A stretch of DNA of 64,000 nucleotides from Octopus sinensis (GCF_006345805.1 NC_043009.1:49042001-49106000), one strand, 5' to 3'. Positions 28,017 to 39,960 are shown, counted from the first letter of the stretch. Notes: a model not told the origin generated them from the sequence alone. Translations and numbers: made by a program.

Positions 28017-28315
28017 AGGGAGCACTCTTTCGGTTACGACGACGAGGGTTCCACTTGATCTGATCAATAGAACTGGCTGCTCGTGAAATTAATGTGCAAG
28101 TGGGTGAGCACTCCACGGATACCTGTACCCTTAATGCAGTTCTCAGGGAGATGCAACGTGACACAGAGTGTGACAGGGCTGGCCATTTGAAATACAAGGA
28201 CTGCTCATTTTTAGCAGCCGAGTGGACTGGAGCAACGTGAAAATAAAAGTGTCTTGGTGAAGGACACAACACGATGCCGGGAATTGAACTCACGATCGTA
28301 AGCCACGCGCCTTCA
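28017..28315 (-). mobile_element. Family C SINE
   Basis: Homologous to 6145-6471. Confidence 0.85.
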
Positions 28316-28357
28316 CATATATAATCTACAAGTAACTGAAAATAATTTGAACGAAAA

Positions 28358-28941
28358 TAATTTGAACTAAAACAATTGCAGCGTGGAAGGTGTTTATAAG
28401 CCACTTAAGAAACACAACAAACAACAATCATTGTTCGACCGTGATCGAGACAATGGAATTTACTATGTTACGCCAGACTTCACGGTCCATCATAGCACTA
28501 CGGTGGTCCTGTTGCTGGATACCTGTATCCCCTAGAGATTACATCTGGGTAGGAGAGTGTGCGCCCTCTGGTATCGCGAGTAGATGGCTTCCAGAGGAGA
28601 AGAGTAGAAATTACCTAGTTTTCAGCTCTACAACAATGTCCAGCAAACTGGACACTTCTACCTTTCACAAGAGGTGGTAATTTCCCATATATTTGCAGTT
28701 TGGTTGGATGAAGCTTCCACGAGATTCTGAGCTCTCATAAGATGCACAAAAGCCGTTAGATTCACTTCAACATTTAAATTTAATTTGTCAAAATATTTTC
28801 GTCGCTTTGAGACCGCGACCTGTTCACTGACAAAAAGAAAATTAAAGTAAACACCTTCCACTCTGCAGTTGTTTTCGTTCCAGCACACAATCTCAGATCA
28901 GGTCACTTGCTGTGCAAGTACATCTCTGTAATTTGAACTAA
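28358..28941. mobile_element. Composite fold-back insertion flanked by a 13-bp direct repeat
   Basis: TAATTTGAACTAA at 28358-28370 and 28929-28941. Internal inverted repeat 28369-28396 / 28848-28875 (26/28). The same family occurs un-inverted at 54200-54460. Confidence 0.7.
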
Positions 28942-29409
28942 GAAAGCTTCGAAAGCAAAGACTTAACTCTCCACTTAAACTCTACTCGTGGCCCCAAAAA
29001 AACCCATTTGTAATCTATCAACCTACCAATTGTAAAACGACAACTTGGCATTCAAAGCTGATTAAATCTAATCATTCTCCATATCTGCAGGGGTGAGGGT
29101 GGGGGAATTTCTACTTACCAACCAGAAATTGCTCCATTTTTTTTTGAAAATTTCAGGAAGTATTCCCAAGCAATAGTTGTACACACTATCAAACATTTAT
29201 ACACACGCACACTTACGTACGTGTTATGTTATTCCGCGTGTGTGCGTATGTGTATGTGTGTGTGCTTGTGTGTGTCTGTGTGGGTGTGCGCGCATTTATA
29301 CGCCTATATATTATACATATAATATTAATATTATACATACAGATATTATTAATTTATACAGAGACTGATAGACATACTCACATATATGCATATAGATAGA
29401 TAGATAGGG

Positions 29410-29440
<31 letters not shown>

Positions 29441-29480
29441 TAGTTAGATAGATAGACAGACAGCCGAAGATATATATATA

Positions 29481-29511
<31 letters not shown>

Positions 29512-29539
29512 GAGAGAGAGAGAGAGAGATAGAGTCCAA

Positions 29540-29680
29540 ACTCCACCGAGTCATCTTTGCTTTTCCTCATTTCGTGGTCGATAAGATAAGTACCAGTAGA
29601 GCACTAGGGTCAATGTAAACGATTTACAACCCACCAAGAAATTGCAGGCATTGTGCCAAAATGTGAAAGGAATATTAATT
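29540..29680 (+). mobile_element. Family A SINE, 5'-truncated degenerate copy
   Basis: CTTTGCTTTTCCTCATTTCGTGGTCGATAAGATAAGTACCAG body remnant. Confidence 0.6.
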
Positions 29681-29790
29681 CAATATCAATGAACTATTAA
29701 TATATCAGATGTAAAGGATGAATATATATTTACAGATGTACATATATATCTGTATATATATATATATAATATATATATGTGTGTATGTAT

Positions 29791-30100
29791 GAGGTATATT
29801 TGCCATCTCAATATGGCTAACCACTAAGGGTGGGTGTTACTGTAGCTTGTAGCCCCAGGGGAACATCTCCTCCAGCTGGCTATACGCACACTTTCTGTAC
29901 CCTATCGGTATTTGCAAAGGGAGGTCATCCTTCCCTCGTCAACCTAAGTGATACGCACGGACTGCAGTTTCTGGGTGTTGACCCGTCATCAGCGCACTAC
30001 AATCACCGGTTTTCGAAGAAAGGAGTCCCAATGCAAATATTTATAGCCTTTTACCAGTAACCTTTAGTGGTTAGCCATATTGAGATGGCAAATATACTTC
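29791..30100. mobile_element. 310-bp element with ~39-bp terminal inverted repeats
   Basis: GAGGTATATTTGCCATCTCAATATGGCTAACCACTAAGG (29791-29829) vs the reverse complement of 30061-30100, GAAGTATATTTGCCATCTCAATATGGCTAACCACTAAAGG. Confidence 0.9.
29955..29997 (-). ncRNA. Type I hammerhead ribozyme motif (GUC site)
   Basis: GUGCG-CUGAUGA-C-GGGU-CAAC-ACCC-A-GAAA-CUGCAG-UC-CGUGC: full core, 4-bp stem II, palindromic stem III ACUGCAGU, 5-bp stem I with two G-U pairs. Atypical C10.1/A11.1. Confidence 0.78.
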
Positions 30101-30149
30101 ACATTGTCGTGCAGTTACTGTTTATACCTCGTTAAGAGATTTATTATTG

Positions 30150-30197
<48 letters not shown>

Positions 30198-30269
30198 CAT
30201 ATACATCTATGTGCTCACACACACACACATACATGTGTATATATTTTCTCCCCCGTCCTCTCTAATTCC

Positions 30270-30850
30270 TCTTTTCTCCCTTTCGCCCTTTTCTGTCTGT
30301 CACTCTTTCTCCTCCTCTCTCTTTTTCTGTGAGCAGCATCACTGGCTGTTCACACGTGACCATCGTCCATCTTTCTTTTCCACACATGATCATCTTTCTT
30401 TCCTGCACGGAACTTCTAAGGACTGGACGTCTCTTATCTCTCTCTTCTATCTTTTCTCTTTTCAAAGAAAATATTTTTCTCAGCGTTCACTATTTTCCCC
30501 TCGTTCAGGTCTAACGATCCTCCATGTTTATTTTCCTTCGGTTTCACTCTATGTTTTCACGGTACTGTTTTTGTACCTAACTTTAACCCTCCATAAATCC
30601 AAATTTATTTTGGTCATTATGTGAGCAACTGTCTTTGAACATGATTGCTCGAAACGGGTAGTAGATAAACAGCTGACAACTGACGAAGTGTCGTTCTTTG
30701 TATTGTTTGTATTACTTATTTTCCATTTTTTTCTCCTGTTATTTGCGTATTTAACTCATTTGTTTTCGTATATCATGTTGTTTACTGTTGGTAACGTCCT
30801 GTACCCATATATGCATATATGTATATATATATAAGAAACTAATATGTACG
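30270..30850 (+). mobile_element. Diverged relative of the ~850-bp family
   Basis: GAGCAA..TTGCTC-GAAACG, ACAACTGACGAAG and the GTCCTGTACCCATATATGCAT end. Confidence 0.5.
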
Positions 30851-31541
30851 TACATGTGTATATGCAGACGTTATATTTATGTCTATCAGTCTCTGTTTCT
30901 CTCTCTCTCTCTTCATATACATATATATATATATATATGTACACACACATGCATTGTGCATACATACATTCAAGAATACACAATGCAGGCATTCATTTAT
31001 GCACCCATATATACATAAAGACAAACTTATATATATGTGTGCTTATATACACACGTAAACTCACTTCATTCTCAGAATATATTTATACACATATTTGTGA
31101 TGCAAATTCGGTGATTGCTATAGTGTCTACAAGAAGAATTAAAATGTATATTAATATATCACATTTTGTATAGGCGTGTATGTATGTATACAAATGCCTA
31201 TTTAACAGTATGGAGCATGTCCATGTCCGTGTCTGTATATATAAGTGTGCGTGTGAGTATGTGTGCGTGTGCGTGCCCGTATTTGTGTCTGTGTGCGTGT
31301 GTGTGTTTGCGTTTCTACGTTTGTGTTTACTTAGATTTATCGATACATACGCTAATGCAAGTTTTATGAATATTATGTATTATGTTTACAATGAAAGTAG
31401 CCGTCCCTGAATAAACGCTTCCAGGGTTACACGCACCCCCCCCACATATATATATGTCTCTATGTATATATACTTACATATATACACATATATGTGTGTA
31501 TGTATGTATATGTATATATATATCCATATCTATATATTAGC

Positions 31542-31572
<31 letters not shown>

Positions 31573-31747
31573 ATACATATTTATATATCTACCTATCTAT
31601 CTATCTATTTATCTATCTATCTATCTCTCCCTCTCTCTCTATATATATACATATATACATATATGCATATATACAAATACATGTGCATACATAGATGTGT
31701 TCATGTACACATTTATGTATACACATATTTATGTATGTCTGTAAGTG

Positions 31748-31780
<33 letters not shown>

Positions 31781-32419
31781 TAGTGTGTATGTGATGGTAT
31801 GTGTGTTTGTGTGTGTGTGTGTCTATGTGGATGTGTTGAAAGAAAGAGAAAGGAACCGAGTAATAGTGAAACTTTGATAGAGAAATTATTCAATATTAAT
31901 GAATTATGCATGTGTTATGTGTTTATATATATATATATATATACACGCACACATAAACACATAGAGATTTACTATTTACTGTTTACATACCAATACTGAC
32001 ACACACATAAGCGAAAACATACGCATACGAAAATATACATATATTTAAATAAGTGTATTTTGTTCGGAAATTTATAAATATAAGATTATATATGTATGAA
32101 TGTGTTAGTGTTTCTACATATTTATGTGTACGTAAGTAATGTGCCTTTACCTTCATATTTTGCATTTGTAAATACGTATATATACGTATAGATTTGCTGC
32201 ACATCAATGCAGCTCTTCATCATTCTATAAACGCTTGTCTTTATCTCATGTCTACACGCACTTATGTATATGTATTAATAAATATATATGGCTGGAAAAT
32301 TTCCTCACATATAGTCACGTAGCCGTACATGTTCGTCTCGTGGCATGTATATATGTGCAGACAAGTGTACGACTGTACGTGTGTCTGTATATAAATACAT
32401 TCATATACTCTCTCTCTTA

Positions 32420-32810
32420 TACTCTTTTACTTGTTTCAGTCATTTGACTGCGGCCATGCTGGAGCACCGCCTTTAATCGAGTAACTCGATTTTGTAAGCC
32501 CAGTACTTATTCTATCGGTCTCTTTTGTCTAACCGCTAAGTAACGGGGACATAAACACACCAGCATCGGTTGTCAAGCAATGCTAGGGGGACAAACACAG
32601 ACACACAAACACACACACACACACATATATATTCATATACATATATACGACGGGTTTCTTTCAGTTTCCGTCTACCAAATCCACTCACAGGGCTTTGGTC
32701 GGCCCGAGGCTATAGTAGAAGACACTTGCCCAAGGTGCCACGCAGTGGGACTGAACCCGGAACCATGTGGTTGGTAAACAAGCTACTTACCACACAGCCA
32801 CTCCTCCGCC
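32420..32810 (-). mobile_element. Family B SINE (full length, well preserved)
   Basis: Minus strand GGCGGAGGAGTGGCTGTGTGGTAAGTAGCTTG..GGTTCCGGGTTCAGTCCCACTGCGTGGCACCTTGGGCAAGTG. Confidence 0.9.
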
Positions 32811-32813
32811 ACA

Positions 32814-32867
<54 letters not shown>

Positions 32868-32870
32868 TAT

Positions 32871-33646
32871 ATATAGTAAAGAAAAATAAGTTGGCTAGCA
32901 GCAAGCTGTTTTGCCTCATACCGAAGGAATTAGAAATGGCAGTCAAAGACCGTTTTTTTCCATTTCTATAAGTGGAGATTCCAAAAACGAAGGCCCTTGG
33001 GGCTCACATACACAAAACCGGAGTGGCAAATATACGAATTCAGTCACTTACCGTTAATAGCGAACACGGTGTTTCTGGATCACAAACATATAAAAAAGGG
33101 GAGTTTGAATTCCGTCATCAGCGCTATATTCGATAGCTTTATCAAATGCCACCAGCCCTCACTTCTGACCCAGCGACATCAGATAGTGGGGGGAAGTGCG
33201 CAGATGTTAAAACCAAGTAACGAATGGGAACGTAAATTTTCCCTCCAAAATTCTGCCATGCGCGCCTTCTGGGTAATCGTAATGGAATGAGGAATCCACA
33301 TGGTAATACAATAAAAATGGTAAATAATTTTCTGTGGATTTTCATGTAACCAACAATTATTTACCGGTAAATTTCGGTATGTAAATACGACAAAATAATT
33401 GTCAAGACTTTGTAAGGTTCAGTATATAGTAAAGAAAAATAAGTTGGCTAGCAGCAAGCTGTTTCGCCTCATACCGAAGGAATTAGAAATGGCAGTCAAA
33501 GACCGTTTTTTCCATTTCTATAAGTGGAGATTCCAAAAACGAAGGCCCTTGGGGCTCACATACACAAAACCGGAGTGGCAAATATACGAATTCAGTCACT
33601 TACCGTTAATAGCGAACACGGTGTTTCTGGATCACAAACATATAAA

Positions 33647-33648
<2 letters not shown>
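32871..33648 (-). mobile_element. Retrozyme-like element: ~1.4 copies of a 552-bp monomer (225-bp terminal direct repeats) inside (TA)n
   Basis: 32871-33096 and 33424-33648 differ by only about 2 changes. (TA)n on both flanks, HHR across the junction, no credible ORF. Confidence 0.85.
33057..33127 (-). ncRNA. Type I hammerhead ribozyme motif (GUU site)
   Basis: AUAGCG-CUGAUGA-C-GGAAUU-CAAAC-(15-nt loop)-GUUUG-UGAUCC-A-GAAA-CAC-C-GUG-UU-CGCUAU: perfect 6-bp stem I, long interrupted stem II, near-palindromic stem III. Predicted cleavage between 33063 and 33062. Confidence 0.85.
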
Positions 33649-33682
<34 letters not shown>

Positions 33683-33997
33683 TATATATGTGCATGCATG
33701 GGAGTCTGTGTGCTTAGTCATCTAATTTTTGAGTGTGTCTATGTTTTTATGAATGAACGTGAAGTATACATTACACATGAAACGAGAAAATATTAATATA
33801 AATATTGTACGATAACTTTTTTTTGTTTTTTTAAATCTATGTATTAGACATTCACTAGTACAACACCAAAAAAAAACAAATATATGGCACACTAGGCATA
33901 ACAACAACGTGAACTTCCAACCTGTTGTCTCTTGAGGTCTCTGGGTGAGACTTGGAGCCAACTTGTACAGACATAAAGCAAAAGTCAAACATAGAAT

Positions 33998-34000
33998 AAC

Positions 34001-34035
<35 letters not shown>

Positions 34036-34073
34036 CAACAACAACAATAATGATAATAATAATCATAATAATC

Positions 34074-34115
<42 letters not shown>

Positions 34116-34196
34116 GTAATAATAATAATAATAGAAATAATAATAATGATGATGATGATGAACATGATAACAATGATGGTGATGGTGGTGGTGGTG

Positions 34197-34241
<45 letters not shown>

Positions 34242-34256
34242 ATAGTAGTAGTAGTG
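33998..34256 (+). repeat. Compound trinucleotide microsatellite (AAT/AAC/GAT/GGT/AGT)n
   Basis: Directly visible. Confidence 0.95.
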
Positions 34257-34401
34257 TGATGTGTAAAAACAGGAAGTGCGCCATTCTCTTGGTTTAGATA
34301 GATAAGTAGTTTTTAGTACCTGAGAATATAATCAGTTTGTAATATTTATTTTGTGTATGCTTGCATCTATTTGTGTGTGGTGTGTGTGTGTGTGTGTGTG
34401 T

Positions 34402-34463
<62 letters not shown>

Positions 34464-34766
34464 TTCGCGCGTTTCCTCTTCTCTTGTCATTGCACAAAGC
34501 ATCTTCCACGTCGTGACCTTAGACTTTACCAATACGCTCTGAAACACTCCATGAAAACAATATCTAATGTGGAAGCCTTGTTTTGGCATAGGCACGCGCG
34601 CACCCGTACACAAGGACACTCAAACAGACACACACACACACACACACACACAAACACGCACACACATATATACATATGCACACGCTCAAACACTGTGACA
34701 CAAAGATATGTACTCTCATATACCTATCTCTGTTTCGATATGTATCCTGTGCAGATAAACTTGTGT

Positions 34767-34804
<38 letters not shown>

Positions 34805-34957
34805 CATACATATACATATATTAATACATGTATATATACGTATGTATATATATATATATATGCATATATATGCACACACATAATTATATATATAAACACA
34901 CATATGAGTATATATATATATATATATATGCATATATATGTGTGTGTCTGTATGTCT

Positions 34958-34995
<38 letters not shown>

Positions 34996-35105
34996 AGACA
35001 TAAACACACAAACATACACATACGTACGTCTGTTTGTATGTGTTTCTATATATTTATGCATACATCTGCGTGCATGTGTGTGTTGTGTGTGTATGTACGT
35101 GTTTA

Positions 35106-35138
<33 letters not shown>

Positions 35139-35799
35139 TGTGCATAAATGCGTATTTATCTATGTGCGCGTGTGACAGTTGCTATGGAATTTCAAGAAAA
35201 AAATATAAATTCCATTTCTGGAAATACAATTCCATTTATCATATTTTTTCTTCTTTTTTTTTTCTATTTCTTTGATTTCGATTATGCATATTTACATTAC
35301 TTTTCTTTTTCCTTGGAATCTTTTATCTATTTATTTTCTATCCACTTTATTCTATCATCTTCGAGACATAGTGTGTTACCATTTATTAATGTTAATACAA
35401 CATACAGTCTTCGTATGACAATACTATATTCTATTGGTATCACAAGTTCGAATACCACTTTTATCTACCGCTACAAGATATAAAAACAATCGTCCATATT
35501 TATTAAATATAACTGCCTACGTTGTTGTGCATCCTTTTTAATGAATTTGTTAGAAACCTGTCGTATAAATATACATACATACACACATATATACAAAGAT
35601 ACATATATATGTATATATATATGTATGTATATATAATTTAAAATAAGAAGGATGAAAAATTGAATATTACTTTGATTAATATCAATTTAAAACCAGTGGT
35701 CTAGTATATTGAAAAATCTGAAGTTTCAAAAAAAATTATATTACAAATATATAAGAAGGATGATCACTTACAGGTCATCCCTCTTATATGTTTGTAATA

Positions 35800-35955
35800 T
35801 ATATATATATATATATATAGATATATATATATATATATAAATATATGTGTGTGTGTGTAATATAAATTAATATATATATAAATATATGTGTGTGTGTGTA
35901 ATATAAATTATATATATATATAAATATATGTGTGTGTGTGTAATATAAATAATAT

Positions 35956-35989
<34 letters not shown>

Positions 35990-36095
35990 AATATATGTGT
36001 GTGTGTGTAATATGAATAATATATATATACACACATATATATATATATATATATATACATACACATATATATATATATACATATATATATATACA
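35800..36095 (+). repeat. ~40-bp higher-order minisatellite built from (TA)n/(TG)n
   Basis: ATAAATATATGTGTGTGTGTGTAATAT recurs about 4 times at roughly 40-60 bp spacing. Confidence 0.75.
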
Positions 36096-36270
36096 TGTAT
36101 ATATTGGTGCAGGACGCAACCAAGTGTGTAAACAACATGAAGTAGGAAAACATACGCGTTAAATACGCAAACAACGAGATATTTATTGGAAAACAGGACA
36201 GGTAACATGGAGAACGACCCTTCATCAGTTGTTGGCTGACTATCTACTCATTTTGAGCATTCAATGACAA
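36095..36270 (-). mobile_element. 3' part of a ~850-bp-family relative
   Basis: Reverse complement CAGCCAACAACTGATGAAGGGTCG..GCGTCCTGCACCAATATATACATG. Confidence 0.5.
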
Positions 36271-36307
36271 TATATAATATTAATAATAATAACAACAACA
36301 ACACACA

Positions 36308-36347
<40 letters not shown>

Positions 36348-36466
36348 CATATATTCGTCTATATGAGTTGGAGGTTAGACAACCATTTAAGGGATAATAA
36401 ATATCCAATATACTTCTGGATGTATACCTATATATATATATCCAAAGGCAATTATTATTATTATTA

Positions 36467-36499
<33 letters not shown>

Positions 36500-36546
36500 T
36501 ATTATATTATTATTATTATTACTACTATTATTATTATTATTTATTA

Positions 36547-36582
<36 letters not shown>

Positions 36583-36608
36583 CATCGTCATTATTATTAT
36601 TATCATCG

Positions 36609-36668
<60 letters not shown>

Positions 36669-36690
36669 TTATTATTATTATTATTTTTTT

Positions 36691-36813
36691 TATTCAGGTC
36701 ACTGCCTGGAATCGAACTTGGAATCTTGGGATTAGTAGCCTGCGCTCTTAACCACTACGCCATATGCCCGTGGGCTACTAATCCAAGATTCCAAGTTCGA
36801 TTCCAGGCAGTGA

Positions 36814-36872
<59 letters not shown>

Positions 36873-37074
36873 TAATAATAATAAAAACAACAACAACATC
36901 GAAAAATACCTTAGGAAAGAGAACCCAGGTTCGAGTTTCCCCAGGACACCTGATGAAGGCTGGAGAGTATATGAGCCGAAACGTGTTAACAAACATGATG
37001 AGGACAAATATCCATCAAATGTAAATAGTGTAAATAATGTACATAATTCCTCATCTCTCAAATACAGAACTGTA
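36691..37074 (+). mobile_element. tRNA-headed SINE-like element with (AAT)n spacer, hammerhead-like tail and inverted 5' copy
   Basis: Inverted arms 36691-36740 / 36773-36821 (one indel). The minus strand carries the head GGCGTAGTGGTTAAGAGCGC..AGTTCGATTCC. Tail GACAC-CTGATGAA-GGCT..AGCC-GAAAC-GTGTT (36944-36990). Confidence 0.8.
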
Positions 37075-37260
37075 TTTTTGTTGTCAAATATCCTGAAGTT
37101 CTCGGAATTTTGCACAAGGTTTGGATTTACATGTCATGCACGAAGATTTACCTTGGATATGTGTGGTATTTACACTTACTGGTATCTGATTGTTGAACGT
37201 TTAACCAAATTCTTTTAATACTGAGTGCTTTATGGATATCTGTCAGGTTTCTTTTACGCA

Positions 37261-38300
37261 CAGCAAAAGTTACCAGTGCTGTCCCTCAGGGGACTGTCTT
37301 GCATCCGCTCCTCCTTATAATCTATATATACGACCTTTCCAGCGTCATAAAATGCAGCAAAGTGAAAATATTCGCTGATGACTCTAAGCTCCAGAAAAGT
37401 ATCAATGAAGAAGACTGTGCGTCAAAGGGCAGACAAAAACAAAATGCAATTAAACGAGGGAAAATTTGAGCTGATGCATTTTGGAAAAAAGAGCCATACT
37501 CGCTTCCTTCAGGGGAACCGCCCACAGCATCAAATAATACCAGGAGTAATTGTTGTAACAATCTCAGTTAGAGTGCCCACATCAATAATAAGGTCGATAT
37601 AACTCGTAGGATGAGCCCATGGATCCTAAGAACATTTCGGTTCAGAGAACAAGGTGTTATCATTCCATTGTTCTCCTCCTTTGTATGGCCGCACCACGAA
37701 TACTGCTGTCCACTGTGGTCTCACCATACAAAAGAAAACATCATGAAAATTTAATCACCCCAGAAGTCATTCACTGAAAGAATTAAGGGCGTGACTGATC
37801 TCGATTATTGGGACCGTCATAAAAGCATCAAATGTACTCTCTCTAGTACCACCGTGAGCGATACAGCAGTTGTACGATGTGGAGAATATACCGCAAAACT
37901 TGCCCAAACGACCTCAACATTAGCTTCAAAATTCATCCAAGGCTAGGACTATGGGCCATATATCCCCTTCCCAATTCAGGATCACAACACATATATACAC
38001 TGCAACACAATTTCTTTTCCTCAACAGGCCCTACCCTATTTAACATTGCCCCGAAATACATCAAGGAGGAAAAGGCTCCCATTACCTTTGAACGAAATCC
38101 GGACAAATTTCTTCAAGGAATACCGGATAAGCCACCTATGCCTGGATACAATTCACTCAACAAGAACTCCCTACAAGAATGGACCATGATACCTCAAACT
38201 TGACTTTAAAAGGACTTAGATAATCCTATCAGGTGGTGCTGTTAAATTAGACATGGCCTGGGCCAATCTTTGGTCGAAATATATCTAAGTTAATCTAAGT
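37261..38300 (+). mobile_element. CR1/L2-type LINE, 5'-truncated decayed RT and C-terminus
   Basis: SAVPQGTVLHPLLLIIYIYDL..VKIFADDSKL (FADD at 37371-37382), KMQLNEGKFELMHFG, PTLFNIAP..DKFLQGIPDKP..GY..NSL; short tandem 3' tail CTAAGTT. Confidence 0.88.
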
Positions 38301-38399
38301 TTACACACACACACACACACACACACACAACACATACATACATATGTATATATGCATGCATTTATATACGTATGTATGGTATGTATGTGTGTATATGTG

Positions 38400-38600
38400 T
38401 TTTTGTGTTTGCCTACAACCACAACTTGACAACCGGTGTTAGTTTGTTTATTCCCCTTAACTTAGCGCTTGGCAAAAGAAGTCGATAGAATAAATACTAG
38501 ACTTCAAATAAGTAAAATAAGTTCTAGGGTCGATGTACTAGACTAAACTAATCGAGACGGTACCCCAGCAAGACCACAGTTCAACGAAGGAAACCAATAC
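38400..38600 (+). mobile_element. Family B SINE, 3' half
   Basis: CTTGACAACCGGTGTTAGTTTGTTTATTCCCCTTAACTTAGCG..GATAGAATAAATACTAG. Confidence 0.65.
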
Positions 38601-38703
38601 AGACAACACTAATCGATCCATTGAAACCAACAAATACGGCTCCTCCTAGATGCTATGCATGATAGAAATAGTAGAAAATTCTACCTCAAATCACATCTTA
38701 CGC

Positions 38704-39265
38704 CTTTTTTTTCCTACTCTAGGCACAAGGCCCGAGATTTTGGGAGAGGGGATGCCGGTCGATTAGATCGACCCCACTACGCAACTGGTATTTAATTTAT
38801 CGATCCCGAAAGCATAAAAGGCAAAGTCGACTGGAATTTGAACTCAGAACGTACAGACAGATGAAATATCTATATCTTTACTACCCACAAGGGGCTAAAT
38901 ACAGAGGAGATAAACAAGGACATACAGACGGATTAAGTCGATTATATCGACCCCAGTGCATAACTGGTACTTAATTTATAGACACCGAAATGATGAAAGG
39001 CAAAGTCGACCTCGGCGGAATTTGAACTCAGAACGTAACGGCATACGAAATACCTATTTCTTTACTGTCTACAAGGGGCTACACACAGAGGGGATAAATG
39101 GGGACAGACAAACGGATTAAGTCGATTATATCGACCCCAGTGCGTAACTGGTACTTAATTTATCGACCCGAAAGGATGAAAGGCAAAGTCGACCTCGGCG
39201 GAATTTGAACTCAGAACGTAACGGCAGACGACATACTGCTAAGCATTTCGCCCGCTCACCGCCTT
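38704..39265 (-). mobile_element. Family A SINE trimer (one head, three bodies)
   Basis: Three GGCAAAGTCGAC..GAATTTGAACTCAGAACGTA units. Possible TSD CTTACGC at 38697-38703 and 39263-39269. Confidence 0.88.
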
Positions 39266-39789
39266 ACGCTTGATCCATACTCGACATCACTTAGGTTGAG
39301 GTCGGATAATCTTACCATTCTTAATATATACATTGTTTAATCACTTCTACAATGCTTCGAGAACTCAAGAGTGACCCTCTAAACGATCTTGATTTCTTTA
39401 TCACCTCTAAACCAAATTGCTACCCAGCCAACACAATGTTAAGCCTCAGAGAATTGACGCATTACGCCAAATAAAAGCTACCATCTCTCATTGAGTGTAC
39501 TTCCGAACACCCCTAATTCCGCTTTCTATAATTGTTTGAGCGTAAAGCAATGTTAAACTGTGTTTTAAAACATGCCACAATTTCAGAACAACTGTCTTAT
39601 CAACACATCCATTGTGCTAGCCATAGAATATGGCTTCGTAGTATTAAACTGGAACGTAATATACTATGGTCTCTCCTGCCATAGACGACGGATGAAGACG
39701 CCTCAATTTTCTGCTTAACAACCTACGCAAACGCTTTGTTTGTGATCAAATGTTTATGCTGTTCATTAGAACACTTCTTTGGTCAAATA

Positions 39790-39960
39790 GACTTTATCTG
39801 TACAGGTGCACAGCTTGCCATACATCAGGTGTCGAAGTGACTGTAGAGTCGAGGAGCAACGTGGGAAGAAGTGTTTTGCTTAAAACATAACTCATCTCCC
39901 GTTTCGGGAACTGAAACCACGATTTTGTGATCGTGAGTAGAACACTCCGACCCTTACGTC
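39790..39960 (-). mobile_element. Family C-like SINE fragment next to the gap
   Basis: GAGCAACGTG..GTGTTTTGCTTAAAACATAAC..GAAACCACGATTTTGTGATCGTGAG. Confidence 0.55.

Noticed and set aside
38704-39265. Regularly spaced repeats as a CRISPR-like array
   Set aside because: Units are ~180-bp SINE bodies without unique spacers, in eukaryotic DNA with no cas genes.
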